Positions 35,213 through 47,966 of a stretch of 64,000 nucleotides of DNA are shown here, one piece after another (the stretch's first letter is position 1; each line of letters begins with the position of its first letter). The position numbers and the translations under genes are program-made. The DNA lies in contig NW_002060944.1 in NCBI RefSeq assembly GCF_000150275.1, positions 499,614 through 563,613 on the forward strand, in the 5' to 3' direction. The stretch comes from Trichoplax adhaerens. Its lineage: Eukaryota > Animalia > Placozoa. The notes beneath the pieces are model-generated. The model was not told where the DNA came from. It did no database searches and saw nothing but the letters and a program-made list of their open reading frames with translations.

Positions 35213-37371
35213 ATGTATTCGATCTTAGCTCGAATTCGCGATTTCATCTTTTCTCAAAGTGCATCTCGCAACTTGGGCTTGCTGGTTATTGGCATCATCG
35301 TGCTAAGACGGCTGTATAAACGACTCAATGCTAAATCGAAACGGCATTTGCGTGGAAAAGTGGTATGGATTACAGGTGCAAGTTCCGGAATCGGTGAAGG
35401 TAAGTCTTATTTCGTTTATGGCCACTCTCCAGTAGTCTTAAGTAGAAAGGCTTGTGGTTATAGCTGCAAGATGGCAGTTTCCTTTTGTAATAAAAGTATT
35501 TTCTCTCCTAAAAATGATATCCTATACTCGTGCACTTCTCCTACTGCATACAAATACGGCTGTTACGCCTGCAGAGATTAGTTTACGAATGATTGCAGTT
35601 CATAAACAGCGTTTACTTTGAAAACTTTTACTACCGTAGTAATGGCTGATTAGCAGTGGAAAAAGAATTTATTTTCATGAGCGAGAATATCTCCTTATAG
35701 ACAGTAATCATCTCCAATTTCATTAGCGCTCAAACAACTGTTAGCTTGAGGTAAAATAATGCTTTCAGTTACGCTTTTCTTGTCGCAATTTGGCATCAAC
35801 GTCAAAGCAAATGGAATAACATCTAGATTATAACTGTAATCCCAATAGCTAAAAACACCATTTCAGAGTACGAATACGAACATATTTCCAACAATTTTGC
35901 ACAGTAAACATCAGTTAACCAGTTTATTGTTATACCTAGATCGAAAGCTAGCTAAGATGTAACTTTACAAGCACTAAATTGTTTATGTCACCGTGATAAG
36001 CAGTACTCTAATTTTATAACGGCTCGTGCATATTACTAGACTGCTTAGCTAGTACTGTACTTCCGAAATAGCTGTACAGTATCTCTCATCAAATCAACCT
36101 CTTCATTTTAATGTAGCATGTGCTAAAGAATACTTTGCCAATGGCGCCAAAGTGATCATGAGTAGTAGAAATTATCAATCTTTACTAAAGGTCAGAGATG
36201 CTATGGTCGCTGGAAAAGATATCGATGCAGAATGTATGCCTCAAATTCTTCCATTAGACCTTAGCAAAACGGATCAACTAGAAGATATCGTTGAAAAGGC
36301 ATGGTCTATACATGGTGTGATAGACATCCTTGTTAATAATGCCGGGGTAAGTAATCGTGGCTCAGTAGCAGATTCAAAAATGGATGTATATCGGCATATA
36401 ATGGAAGTCAATTTCTTCGCTCCTCTAATTCTTGTTAAAGGTAAGTGATTCTGCAGACATGGCAGTGAATATGTGTACTGGAGCAACGTACCAGTAATAA
36501 GATTAAAAATAATTCGTGTAGTTGATATTTCTTTCATTTTACGTACCTACATTGAATCAAAATAGGTAGTATTCCAGTTACAGTATATGCAATAGTGTAC
36601 TTGGTCAGTGACTTATTTTATTTATGTAACTCAGCCATACTGCCAAAGATGACTCAACGAAAAGATGGACAAATAATATTTGTTAGTTCAGTTCAGGGGA
36701 AAATGGCCATTCCTTATCGATCAGCATGTAAGTTAATTAAAAAATCAAACTTATTTTAGCCATCATCATTTCATGCTACCCAATTTTATACTACAACAAA
36801 CTGCAACTCTGCTAGCTGCATTGCTCTCTGCACAGTATAGGATATCTCTTTTGGATAATATACACCTATTGATGATGATATTTTCGTAGATGCAGCATCA
36901 AAACATGCCTGTCAAGCACTTTGTGATAGCTTACGTGCTGAAGTTGCTCAGCATAACATTAAAGTATTTATTGTAAGTCCTGGATACGTACGCACCAACT
37001 TGTCTCTCAATGCATTGGCTACTGATGGATCTAAACATGGAGGTAATGTCTTGTATTACAAATCAGTTGTTGTTAAATTGCTATTGAACTGCAAAATCTT
37101 TTCTATTCTACCATTTTATCTGATCCCCAACGATAATGGTACCTTTTGACATAATTCAATATCAATTGTTTGGTTAGTGATGGATAAAAACACAGCTCAA
37201 GGGATGGCACCAGAGAAATTTGCTTCATTATTGGTTGACTATGCGGTCAACGAGGAACAGGACGTCGTAATATGTCCTGCTATTCCCAAGGCAGCCATAT
37301 TTGCAAAGTATAATATTCCCAACTTATATTTTTGGATAATGCGTCTTAGGGCCAATAAAAATAGCGAATAA
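35213..37371 (+). CDS. DHRS7B: Dehydrogenase/reductase SDR family member 7B
   Basis: Exons 35213-35399, 36117-36440, 36635-36727, 36890-37042, 37178-37371. N-terminal hydrophobic anchor, [86 protein letters not shown]. Probable 5'UTR intron ~35034-35203. Confidence 0.9.
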
Positions 37372-38411
37372 AACTGTTAAATAGTTATAGTACAAGTAAT
37401 TGCTGAATCATAGAATGATTCTTTAACGTTAACGTTATGATTGCTTTTAGGTTGAAGTTTAATTGTAGATGTCAGTTTTTATTTACTTCACAAAATGCAA
37501 CTCTAAATATACGTAGAAGCTTGATGTAATCTGAAGTTAATTTATACGTATAAGAAACCTTTCCGTCTGTACAATAGTAGTTTTATTCCCAAGATCTGGG
37601 ATATAGTTTATGTTGGGATTAGATATAGGAATGAACAACTATTGGTAGCGTATTACTAGTATGCTCAATGAATAATAAATTGATTAGCTAGAATTAAATA
37701 GTTCTGGTGAATTAACCTAGGAGTCATCATAAATCTGGAAAGACGATGCTAACACTAATCCATAACTTATAATAGTAGTAGGCCTTTCGTCTGCAGAGTA
37801 AGAAAGGTGCCAGACCATTTGTGTTCTTCAGATCGTATCCTTGACCAAACGCAAAGATATAACAGTTTCTGGATAATGCATCTTTGGACACATGATGTAA
37901 CATGCAATAAGCTGTGCTCACAGATTTCTCTACAGCCTTTTACGTGGCAAATATCTGTAATAAAGAAATGACAATATACTGTACAACATGATCTATGAGA
38001 AAATTTCCATCTTTGCGCGTTTCTTTTGTCGTAAAGAAGATTTATTATATGAATAAAGTGCGATACATTTTAGAATTTATTGTATGGAATATATAGTTTT
38101 CAAATTTTTGCTGTAATACTGCAGATACTACTTGCGGTGTCAAAATATAGCATGATGCAAGATCTTCCTTCATTCAAAGTGAAACATCATTTTATAGTTT
38201 ATCATTAATAATTACAATTAGAAATTTGCAGTAATGTGTATGTATGCACAAAATGAGCATTACATAAATTGTACAAATTATTTATTGCTAAAGACTGCAT
38301 TAAACCATAATAAGACGTTTAAAGCTAACAGTAATATCCTGTATAAAAAATTTCTGATCCATTACATGTCAACTGTTAGGATTACAAAGGATAAAGTTCA
38401 TTTTCCTAAGA

Positions 38412-40015
38412 TCAAGCTCTTAGCCATTTATATAACGTCAAGGCACAGTAGCATGCTGATGCAATTGCAAAGAAATTTTGTAATTTTTTTCTATACGAAT
38501 CATCTTTTCGCACTAAAATGACAGGCGAGGATGAAGTTAAATTAGGTAAAGCCAATTTGGCCAATTTTAAAGAATCACGTTCCAATTGATATTTACAACA
38601 TGGATCAAATTGCCATGATAAACCATAGATTGAAGCTGAAGTTACACTAACAGCACCCGACGAAAAGCTAAGCACTTTCCAACTTGTAGGCAAGAAAAGA
38701 GGGCTAAATAAGCAGCCAATTCCAGCTATGACTGCAGTTTTATGTAGGCAATTACCAACTGTTATCCAACGTGATGTCTCATCGCCAATACTGGCTGGCT
38801 CGATAACGATGACATCATAACGAGCTTCTAGTGCATTTTCTAGATCTAGTTCGAATTGTTCATGTGAATTTTCTGAATCATAAATCTCTCGAATAATGGC
38901 GCAGCTTGGCGAATCATTCAACTCGCTATATAGAAACAGTAAGAAATAGTTTTATGAATTTTAAAATGTAATTTAAGATGTTTTTTTCCATTGCATCGAT
39001 GGAAGCAAATAAAAATGATTACATATGACTAAGCACACTGTCATCAATCGTCTACGGCAATAGTTTTAGTTTAAGAGGAGCAAAGCGATGAGATGATGTA
39101 TGAATCAGTGACAGACTTGTAGTGTTAGAGTCGATATCTGTACAGTCAATAAATAGGATAGCACTGTAGATTATGTTCATAAGATTAATAACTTATATCA
39201 GTCAGTTTAGCAATCTGATGGCCACATTCATATCGGACTCATGTTAATGAAATTTTACGTACATCTACATTCCAAGTTGTTGTACTGAGCTAGTATTGAG
39301 CGATCGATCATCTTTCAATTACAACATCGATCGTCCTGCCTCATACTTTGTATCACTTGCAAGACCTTCCATTCTACGAGTCTAAATCTTTCAATAAAGG
39401 TCAAACTCTTCCATCTGTATCCTATTTTATACATTCTAATGCAGAGTATCTATTTTTTTAGTAATCTAATGGATACATAAAATGTCATATTCGTCATAGC
39501 ATTGTAGGGCTATACGAAATATGTATTACGAGTTGTTCTACTCCTATCAGGTTGAGGGTGATGACCGTATTTATTTTCAAGCGATCGACATTGCATAGGC
39601 ATAAAACCTAATAAGGACGAATTTAAAATCTCCTGTGTATGTTGTGTATAATAGTACAGCCCAATGCGTGATGACTGTATTATTTTCAAGCGATCGACAC
39701 TGCATCGGCATAAAACCTAATAAGGACGAATTTAAAATCTCCTATATCTTGTGTACAAGAGTGCAGCCCTATGCACTCCTGGCTACAATCCATCAACGTA
39801 GAAAACTGAAAATGTACATGATGCATGAAGAGTTCTTGATCGCAGCTGTAGCCATTCACAACAACCACCGCATTCTTTACATCGTCAAGAATAAGTCGAC
39901 AAGGTGTCTTTCCTCATCATGACTTTAACATGATAATATCAGTTTAACATAGAGACGAAGAAATGCATTATAATGATATCCACTATCACTAGACAACTTA
40001 CCTCAAGTCCTCCAT
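38412..40015 (-). CDS. TMEM11: Transmembrane protein 11 (mitochondrial), two coding exons
   Basis: Exon 1 40015-40002 ATG GAG GAC TTG AG|gtaagt; exon 2 38925-38412 with IREIYDSENSHEQFELDLENALEARYDVIVIEPASIGDETSRWITVGNCLHKTAV, LSWQFDPCCKYQ, SSSPVILVRKDD; 175 aa. Confidence 0.93.
39560..39757. repeat. Tandem duplication with ~110 bp period in the TMEM11 intron
   Basis: 'tattttcaagcgatcgaca(t/c)tgcat(a/c)ggcataaaacctaataaggacgaatttaaaatctcct' occurs twice. Confidence 0.9.
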
Positions 40016-40959
40016 CAAGGATGATCGAAGAAGAAGTCGACGAGTAAATCGATTTAATGTTCAGTAACTGATGATGATGATGGATATGGCCAACGGCTCG
40101 TCCGATTTAAATGTCTTTACCCGGAAAGCGTAGGGTAGTCTACCGTAAACGAGGTAACATTACTAGGTACTAACGTAATTGGTGCTCTCCGTCGAGTCTA
40201 GTACTATAGTGTTTCCATGATTCCACGTACTGTATGGGGGAATCTTTTAGCAATCCCCTCCGAACATCCGATTATAGGGTGAGTTTTGAATTGAACGCAT
40301 GCGCACGAGTAAGTCCCATTACAGAACAGTTCATCTAGAGGCTTTAGGAATATCGTATTACTCTGTGTAAAATAAGTGTCATTAAAAGTCTTGGTGTTGC
40401 AGTCCAAATAGCCTATCACTTACGACATTAATTTTACTTGGGTGTATTATACCCAATTATAGATAGGCTGCTGTTTTACTCATGACGTATTTTGGTAGTA
40501 GTCCATGGCATTCCATGCAATACCGTGCTGTTTTAACTGTGTAGGAATAGCCCTAGGAATAGACTGAGAAAGTAGTGTTAACCTCCCATTTGGTATTGTG
40601 GTCCTTGTTCCCTATGCCAACGGCATAGCAAGAATGTGCAAGTTGAACTGTGTAGTATGGTACCTTTCCACACTGTTCCATGGCGTAGATCGATGGGGAA
40701 TTAGGGATGCAGTGTACCTACTGTCGATACGCCAATTTTACCCCGAGATCCGGTAACCGGTAAGAAAGAAAGCCTCATGCAGTGCCATACCACGTTACCA
40801 GTGACTGGAAATCTTTCAGAGCAATCAATTCATTATTATCAACATATCAACATGAAGAAAATGGGCTATTTTGATAGCATGATGAACACAGTCAATTATT
40901 TACGGACACTCTCTTCCGCCTCCTATGCTAGCGTTGAGCTGGTGCTGCTCGCTGTAGCC

Positions 40960-41645
40960 CGGTACAGTACCGGAGGGTTACAATGACGTCACATGATGCT
41001 ATGGCTGTACAGTGTCCAGTGTACAGTACAGCTGGACAAAAAGATTGTACTGTACACAGTACAAGTGGTCTTACAGTACAGTCCTACTCTACAGTATTCC
41101 CCAAAAAGTACTGTACAGTATTATCGAAGACTGACTGAACGACCAGTACTGTACCGTACCGTACTGGTCTTCTGCTGCATAATTGGTGACTGTACACTTG
41201 TACACTGTACACTGAGTACAGTAGAATGTCCATGTACATGACGTCAGCGATTGAACCAAGAAGGAAAGAATCGTTGACTGACTGACTGACTGACCGACTG
41301 ATGTTATTCTGCACCATACAGTACAGTATTGTACTGTAGAAGTGTAGTGGAGGCAGTTGGAGGAAAAGAAGGAACTGTACAGTACAGTACACTGTGTACA
41401 GTACTGTACAGTATCGAAGATTGACTGGACGACCAGTACTGCACCAATACCGTACCGGTCCATACCGTACCGGTCCGCGCTCCATAATCGATGACGTCAG
41501 CGATTGAAAAAAGACAAGAAGCGCTGACTGACTGACTGACCGACGGATGCCCTACACCGTCAACCATAGTAGACTGCTAGAGGAGGAGGAGGAGGAGAAC
41601 CAACTGTAGAACCGTAGAGAAAGCAGTTGGAGGAAAAAGAAGCAA
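40960..41645. promoter_or_regulatory. Candidate regulatory region between divergent TMEM11 and TOM1: GTAC-rich palindromes, three TGACGTCA sites, (ACTG)n, duplicated ~280 bp module
   Basis: TGACGTCA at 40984, 41239 and 41492; repeated tactgtacagta and gtaccgtacc; (gact)n at ~41276 and ~41525; ends ~120 bp upstream of the TOM1 ATG. Confidence 0.6.
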
Positions 41646-41768
41646 GTTGCAAGCGTGAACATCAGGATCAATTCTCCATTTCAAGCACAGCCATCACTAG
41701 AATACAAGCGTTCAAATACAGTGCAGTTAGCACCAAGTAGTGCATGCTCAAGGAATCGCAGGAAAAAG

Positions 41769-44700
41769 ATGGAATCACTCTTTGGAACCAATCCGTTGTC
41801 GACACCGATCGGTCGCAAGATTGGTATGTATTGATGGAGATTTGTCTATAGGATAGCATGGATCAGGGATGATGTTGAGGATAGCGTATAGGCAGTAAGG
41901 TCTGATTTGAGGTAGAGGAGTGTTGTTGTCAAGACGCTGCCTTAGCAGCCGGTTACCCTTCCATCTTGCTGACCTCTTTCACCATAGTAGGTATATGTAT
42001 TTTAGCTACTGTACCATACATAATACTATCGGGTGGAAATCAACCACCACCATCATGACCTCTATTGGACATAGCAGAAGATGGCGCCGCTTAATTTAGT
42101 AACTACTCTTATCCACTAGTTGCAGGCCTATTTGCCATCGATTCACTTGATTGAGAAGGCTACAGTCCAATTGGACAGATCATCTACTCTTGAACAACGT
42201 TCGAGTGGATGTCCATGGTGTAGCAACACATTGATGACCCACAGTCTGATTCCGACATACCGTTCTACAACTTGCCAATGCATTGGGTTCATCCTTGAAC
42301 TCCAATGGAAAACCAATCCAACGATAGAAAGCCAAATCGCATCATCATTCTCCTTTTCTTTTGCCATCGTCATGATTGACAATCATGGAACGACTGAAAA
42401 GGAACCCTTATGCATTCAAGCTATCTTAGAACAACATTGACGACCATCATTCAAATGGCGTAGAAGAAGAAGGGATAGGACAGGATGGATAGCGTCTGTT
42501 GTCGATGGACAAACAATGCTAAACTTTCAATAAGGCAAATCCATCTTACCCTTCTTAACAAGCCAAATGAAAGGACAACATCAACTTGAGTCTATCCTAA
42601 GCATGCCAGGATACAATCATGATGATTAGAAATTGGTTCTATCCTGCTAGAATGTTTTAAATGAGACAACAATGGTTTTAATGGATCAGCGTCATTGTTG
42701 TTTGTACCATTGCCGTGAACTTTTACCGATATGCAACATCACAAGATCCATGTCTAGTGCAATTTTCATCTCTCTTATTGATTCCAAGACTTTCCTTCAC
42801 CTTACTCAATCATGGAAACGATTGCACTACCATTGAAGGAATACCAGAGAAACCATTGCTAGTAACAACATTACAGCTAACCTCCAAAAGTTTGTCAGTG
42901 ATTAAATTAAATAAGCATGTAGTTAGCCTTGGACATCATCCCACAGCATGGAGTCGAATTCGTTATCTCATCTTAATAAAAAATGGTTTGTTAGTCAATA
43001 GGATGACTGACTTAACAGATCTGTCTCCATATCAGAAAGTAGCCAGTATCACCTTGATCAATCCTTGCACTACTGTGACCAGACCAGTTTGGATGTAGTA
43101 AAAGTAGTCATGATGCATTTTTCTCCTGGCCTCTACCGGTAAAAATATCAGTCAATAAGAGTATCTTTCCATCCCACTTCTCTGTTGACTTGACATTTTC
43201 TATAGTAAATCCATCAACTCCATGATGGATAAATACATCACGTCATCGTTTCCCATCCATATCGTCAATATGGTTACTTGTCTGTCTCTATAAAAGTTGA
43301 TAGTAAACTATATGAAAAGTCGATCAATCATCTAATCGATCCTTTCGATACTTCACGTCGGATAATTGCAGTTTTACCATAATAACAACGCCTTTACCAT
43401 ATCCATATTAATCAAACACCATTCGCTAACGCTCATACGTGTCAGAAAAAAAAAAATCACCGCTAATGCAATCAAAATACCCAACTTGATAGAATGATAT
43501 TCCATCTTTAGATAGGAATCTTATTACCCAACGGACGGACACACTGCAAACAAATGCTCCAATTTCTTGATGCAGTCCGATCAATCCTTTGCGCTATATT
43601 AAATGTTAATGAATTAACAAAATCATGCTTACTCTGAATGCATGTGTAATTGAGCAATATTATCATCCATTTTTGGGAATAGAGCGTGCAACCGATGACA
43701 AATTATCAGAAATCGATTGGGCCTTGAATATGGAAATTTGTGATATGATTAATACATCTGAAGATGGGTAAGTATTTGTATATTTAGCGTGGTATCCTTT
43801 GATGTTTACTGAATGTTCAAACTGTTTACAAATCCTATAAAATTGCTCATCAAATAGTCTATGCTGAGTCGAAACAGTGATGTGCTTACTTTGAGGAAAT
43901 GCTCGTTTGCAGAAAATATCTTGTAGTAAAGTGGAAATCTTATATTTACTTCCTCTTAATTTAATCGTCTGAAATAATCGGAGAACATTTATTTATCGGA
44001 TCTAAACCTGCATTCTACGAGATATCGTCGATTCGCTGGCCCTGTTCTCCAAGTAGCCACATAGTTTCTAGTTATATCCTTTAAAGTGACAAGGTGCCAC
44101 TTTTTTTTATTCATTGATGATATATTCCTACACAAATTGTAACGAAATTGATTGCATTCTGGTCAGATATTCACACTGTACATGTAGGTACATTAAGTGG
44201 CTGAAAAAAGTGTCGTTCAATCATAAATAACATATTTTGTCAATTTTTTACCCAATACAGTGCATTATCACTGTCATGCAATTTAATTTAGTATGTTATG
44301 AAAACCAATCTTTGAATTATCTTTCTACCAATTTGTAAAATAGATTTTGCGGTAATTGTATCATTTGATGATAGAATTTTTCAAATCCGATTCATTTCAT
44401 TTCGGTATCATATCTGCCTATCAAACACCTAGCGTTACATCAAGCGTTAATTTTTGTCAATCAATGACCAATAAAATCGTCCTTCGATAGTGCTCATAAA
44501 AGATATACTAGACGCGTAACTCATCCAAGCTCTACGTTTCGCAGTCAGTTCGACTATAAATATAGAGATAATATGCACACTTTTCTCGTACATTAAGTCA
44601 CCTTTAGACTTGCCTCTTCGTAGCTTCTTTTTTATGACTACGTGCAATTAAATTGAAATGCTCATTTATAGTGTTGCTACATTAATAGGTTCATTTTAGC

Positions 44701-47700
44701 TATAAGCTATCAACAGCATCTTCAATTGAGTATCTTGACCTCGCGATATGACATAATATCTTATTCATCTAAAATGTTACTCTATCTACCTATTATGATT
44801 GTTTATAGGCCACGTAATGCTATGAAAGCCGTTCGGAGGAGATTATCAAACTATAAAGCTAGCCAACAAATTATGCATTCATTAACTCTATTAGAAACTT
44901 GTGTCAAAAATTGTGGTCAACGCTTTCACCTTGTTGTAGCTCAGAAAGAATTTGTTGCCGAATTAAATAAGATGGTGCAAGCTAGGGTATGATTCTTTTT
45001 GAATGTTATCATTTGGAATCAAGTAATGGTTGCATATTTCCTAAAATAGACCAATAATAAATGCCGACATTTAATTTAATACCTACATTGTGATTGTTAT
45101 CGTAGGGTCAGCTATCAACCGTTGTAATTGATAGACTTCTTGGTTTAATACAATCATGGGCTGATGCCTTTCAAGGACAACCTAGTCTTAATGCTATTGT
45201 CCATTTACGTGATACTCTACTTAAGCACGGTAAGTTGCACGGTATTTGTTGGACAAAATTATCCCTTTAGATAAAGTAAAGAGAAGCGCACGATACAGCA
45301 TCGAATTATTGAAAAACTCTAGCAATTGCTAATACGAGTATATCAAACCTTCCAATTGCACCACTCTAATAATTCTAAACTTGCTACATTTAATAGGTGT
45401 TGAATTCCCAGCTCAAGACCTGGACTCGATGTCACCAATCTATACGCCTGAAAGAGTATGTTATTACCGTGTTATTTGCTTACAAATGATAAATAATAAT
45501 TCAACTATAATAGCGTAGATTTATTCCGTAAATGGAATATGCACCAGAATGATCGTACATTTTAAAATTTAAAATACTGCCACAATAAATAATACATTGC
45601 ATATACGCTCTTAATGAATAGTCTGTGCCTGAGAGACCACCACAACCGCAACTACAACCGCAACTACAACCACAACTACAACCACAATTACCATACGCAA
45701 GCCCAACCGTAAATCCTCATGATGTAAGGAAATATCATTCTTATCTGTCTTCTGTTTACATACCCATTCAGAAAATTATAAATTCCACTGTACAATATTA
45801 ACATGTTTTGATCTAATTACAAAGGTTGGTATCCCAGCTGAACCGATCAACCCGAACCCTGAACAACTTGCTAAACTGCGTCATGAATTAGATATTGTGT
45901 CCGGAAATATGGAAGTTATGAATGAAATGATGACCGAGTTATCAGAATCACGCCCCAATGAATCAGATTTAACACTCCTCAACGTGAGTAACCACTTATT
46001 CGACATAAAGTTGACATGGGTATGTTAAAATGTGAATGTCTTACCAACCTAGGAATTGAATGCCACATGCCGAGAAATGCAGACACGAGTCATGGACTTA
46101 GTTGTTCGAGTTTCAAACGAAGAATTGACTTGTTAGTGCTAAAACCCATAATTCATATCTACGTCTGTTTTACACATGACATTCAGTAAATTATCGCTAT
46201 TTGTTTCTAGCGGTCCTATTAAAAGCTAATGATGACCTAAATAATGCCTTCGTAAGATATGACCGCTTCCAACGCCAGCAATCTACCATGGCAACTTCGC
46301 AGCAAGCACAACACGTATCAGTAAGTAGCAATCGCATTCTATTTATCAAATTATTCTAACCGAAACCTAATTATTCGCATATACGTACAGCAGCAGCTGG
46401 AACCTGTGTCACCAGCAGAAAACGTAGCTGCTACGGAGTAAGTTGTACAACTGCAATGGCCAAAGAGATAGTCTAAACACGTACTTAATTGGATAACCTT
46501 TGAATGCAATAGTAACCGGTGGCGTCACAGCCAGTTGTTTTAATCGATTTCATTGGTTCTTTCACTTTCTATTTTTAAACCTTAAAGGCAACCGCAATCC
46601 GACTTGCTGATCGATTTTAGTGAAGCAGGATCCACTGCGGCAGCTGCACCAACTAATACAACTAACCCTGCGTTTCCGGATGTTTCATCGCAATTATCGT
46701 CTTTATGTACGAAAATATTAGTTATATATAGATAGACGCTATTATAGTGCTATGTATGGTATTGATTACTGATGTCTTAGCTAACAATAAAATCTGATCT
46801 CTTTATGCCTTTTATTTACTGTTAAAGCTCTTACCTCTACTGGCCCTAATCAGCCTGCTCCAGTTCCGGCTCCTCAACCACAATTGGCACCAATAACGGC
46901 TGATTTGCCTTCATATAACATTGCTATTTCTAATCCTACAGCTAGCCCAATTGGGGGTGGTTCAGTACTGCCTCCGATCAATCCAGCACAATTGCCAGTG
47001 AATACTCAAGTCAACCAGCAAGATCGTAGCCAAGCTTTGGCATCATTTGCAAATACTAAATCATCATCATCAGAGTTAGCAAACTTTAATCAATTCTAGT
47101 GAAACACGTATAAATGGATATCCTTTAATTAGATCGTGTTAGACCGACATCATCTTTTTATCTAATTGTATAGCACTTCGTATTCTTACCTTTCGGAAAT
47201 GAGTTCTAAGCCTATGTCTGATTCTCTTGCGTTTGCAATGAACAGCAAGAATCCAAATGTAGACAATACTCCAAAACAGGTAACATTTGTTGTGTTAACT
47301 GTAAGATAAATCTTGATACACTTTCTATAGTACAAAAGAGGCGACTGTATGCTACTGTGTACGTAATAATGCTGCTTACTTCTAATCCTACTATAGGTTG
47401 CAAATTACGGTTTGACTACGTACGTGAACTTATCTCGCTATGTATCCACCCTAATGGATTACTTATTTCGTAACTTTAGTTTCTATGTCTTATTTAAATA
47501 GGAATGCTGAAATTCCCTCAGAACTGGATGATTGGCTAAAGGCGACACATAATAATGTACAATCGATGAATTGTCATGTTTTAATATTTTGATGTTATGC
47601 TAGACCTATTCTTATTGGTGCAAATTGGTTACTAACAATTTTTTAGGAAAGTAAACCAGCAGCCAATCCAACACCCGCCGCAACCGGGCAAGCTTCACAA

Positions 47701-47966
47701 CCAGTTTCCAGCTCCGGTAAGGGTATAACACGAATAAATCCTGCTTAGTATCTAATTATTCATTTAAAAGTGGATTAATTGGTATTTTATGCTGTTCAAT
47801 TTCAGAGTTTGATAAATTTTTAGCGAGTAGAGTAGCCAACGTTCGGCAGCAGCCAGTTGCTGGTGAACCTACCGCTTCTGAAACCAATCCTTCCTCTAAC
47901 TCACCTCCTAAGCCTAAGCGTCAAATGCAGATGGCGGAAGCTGACAGCGGATTGTTTGGACTTTGA
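41769..47966 (+). CDS. TOM1L2: TOM1 / TOM1-like 2 endosomal ubiquitin adaptor (VHS + GAT), multi-exon
   Basis: Exon 1 41769-41823 [18 protein letters not shown]; 43683-43767 [24 protein letters not shown]; 44809-44986 [14 protein letters not shown]; LIQSWADAF; [16 protein letters not shown]; GAT domain [23 protein letters not shown] and [14 protein letters not shown]; C-terminal ELDDWL, EFDKFL, LFGL* (stop 47964-47966). Likely single pro-orthologue of TOM1/TOM1L1/TOM1L2. Confidence 0.9.
45643..45690 (+). repeat. Coding 12 bp repeat (QPQL)x4 in the TOM1 linker
   Basis: caaccgcaactacaaccgcaactacaaccacaactacaaccacaatta within an exon. Confidence 0.8.

Noticed and set aside
40993-41567. Overlapping Cys/Thr/Val/Tyr-rich ORFs on both strands
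   Set aside because: Translation of palindromic GTAC and ACTG low-complexity DNA; no domain or splice support.
42120-43098. ORFs of 79-127 aa in TOM1 intron 1
   Set aside because: Mostly non-ATG starts, no recognisable domain and no splice connection.
43790-43802. GTATCCTTT as a U12-type donor in TOM1 intron 2
   Set aside because: It lies ~24 nt inside an intron whose canonical gtaagt donor already gives the conserved frame.
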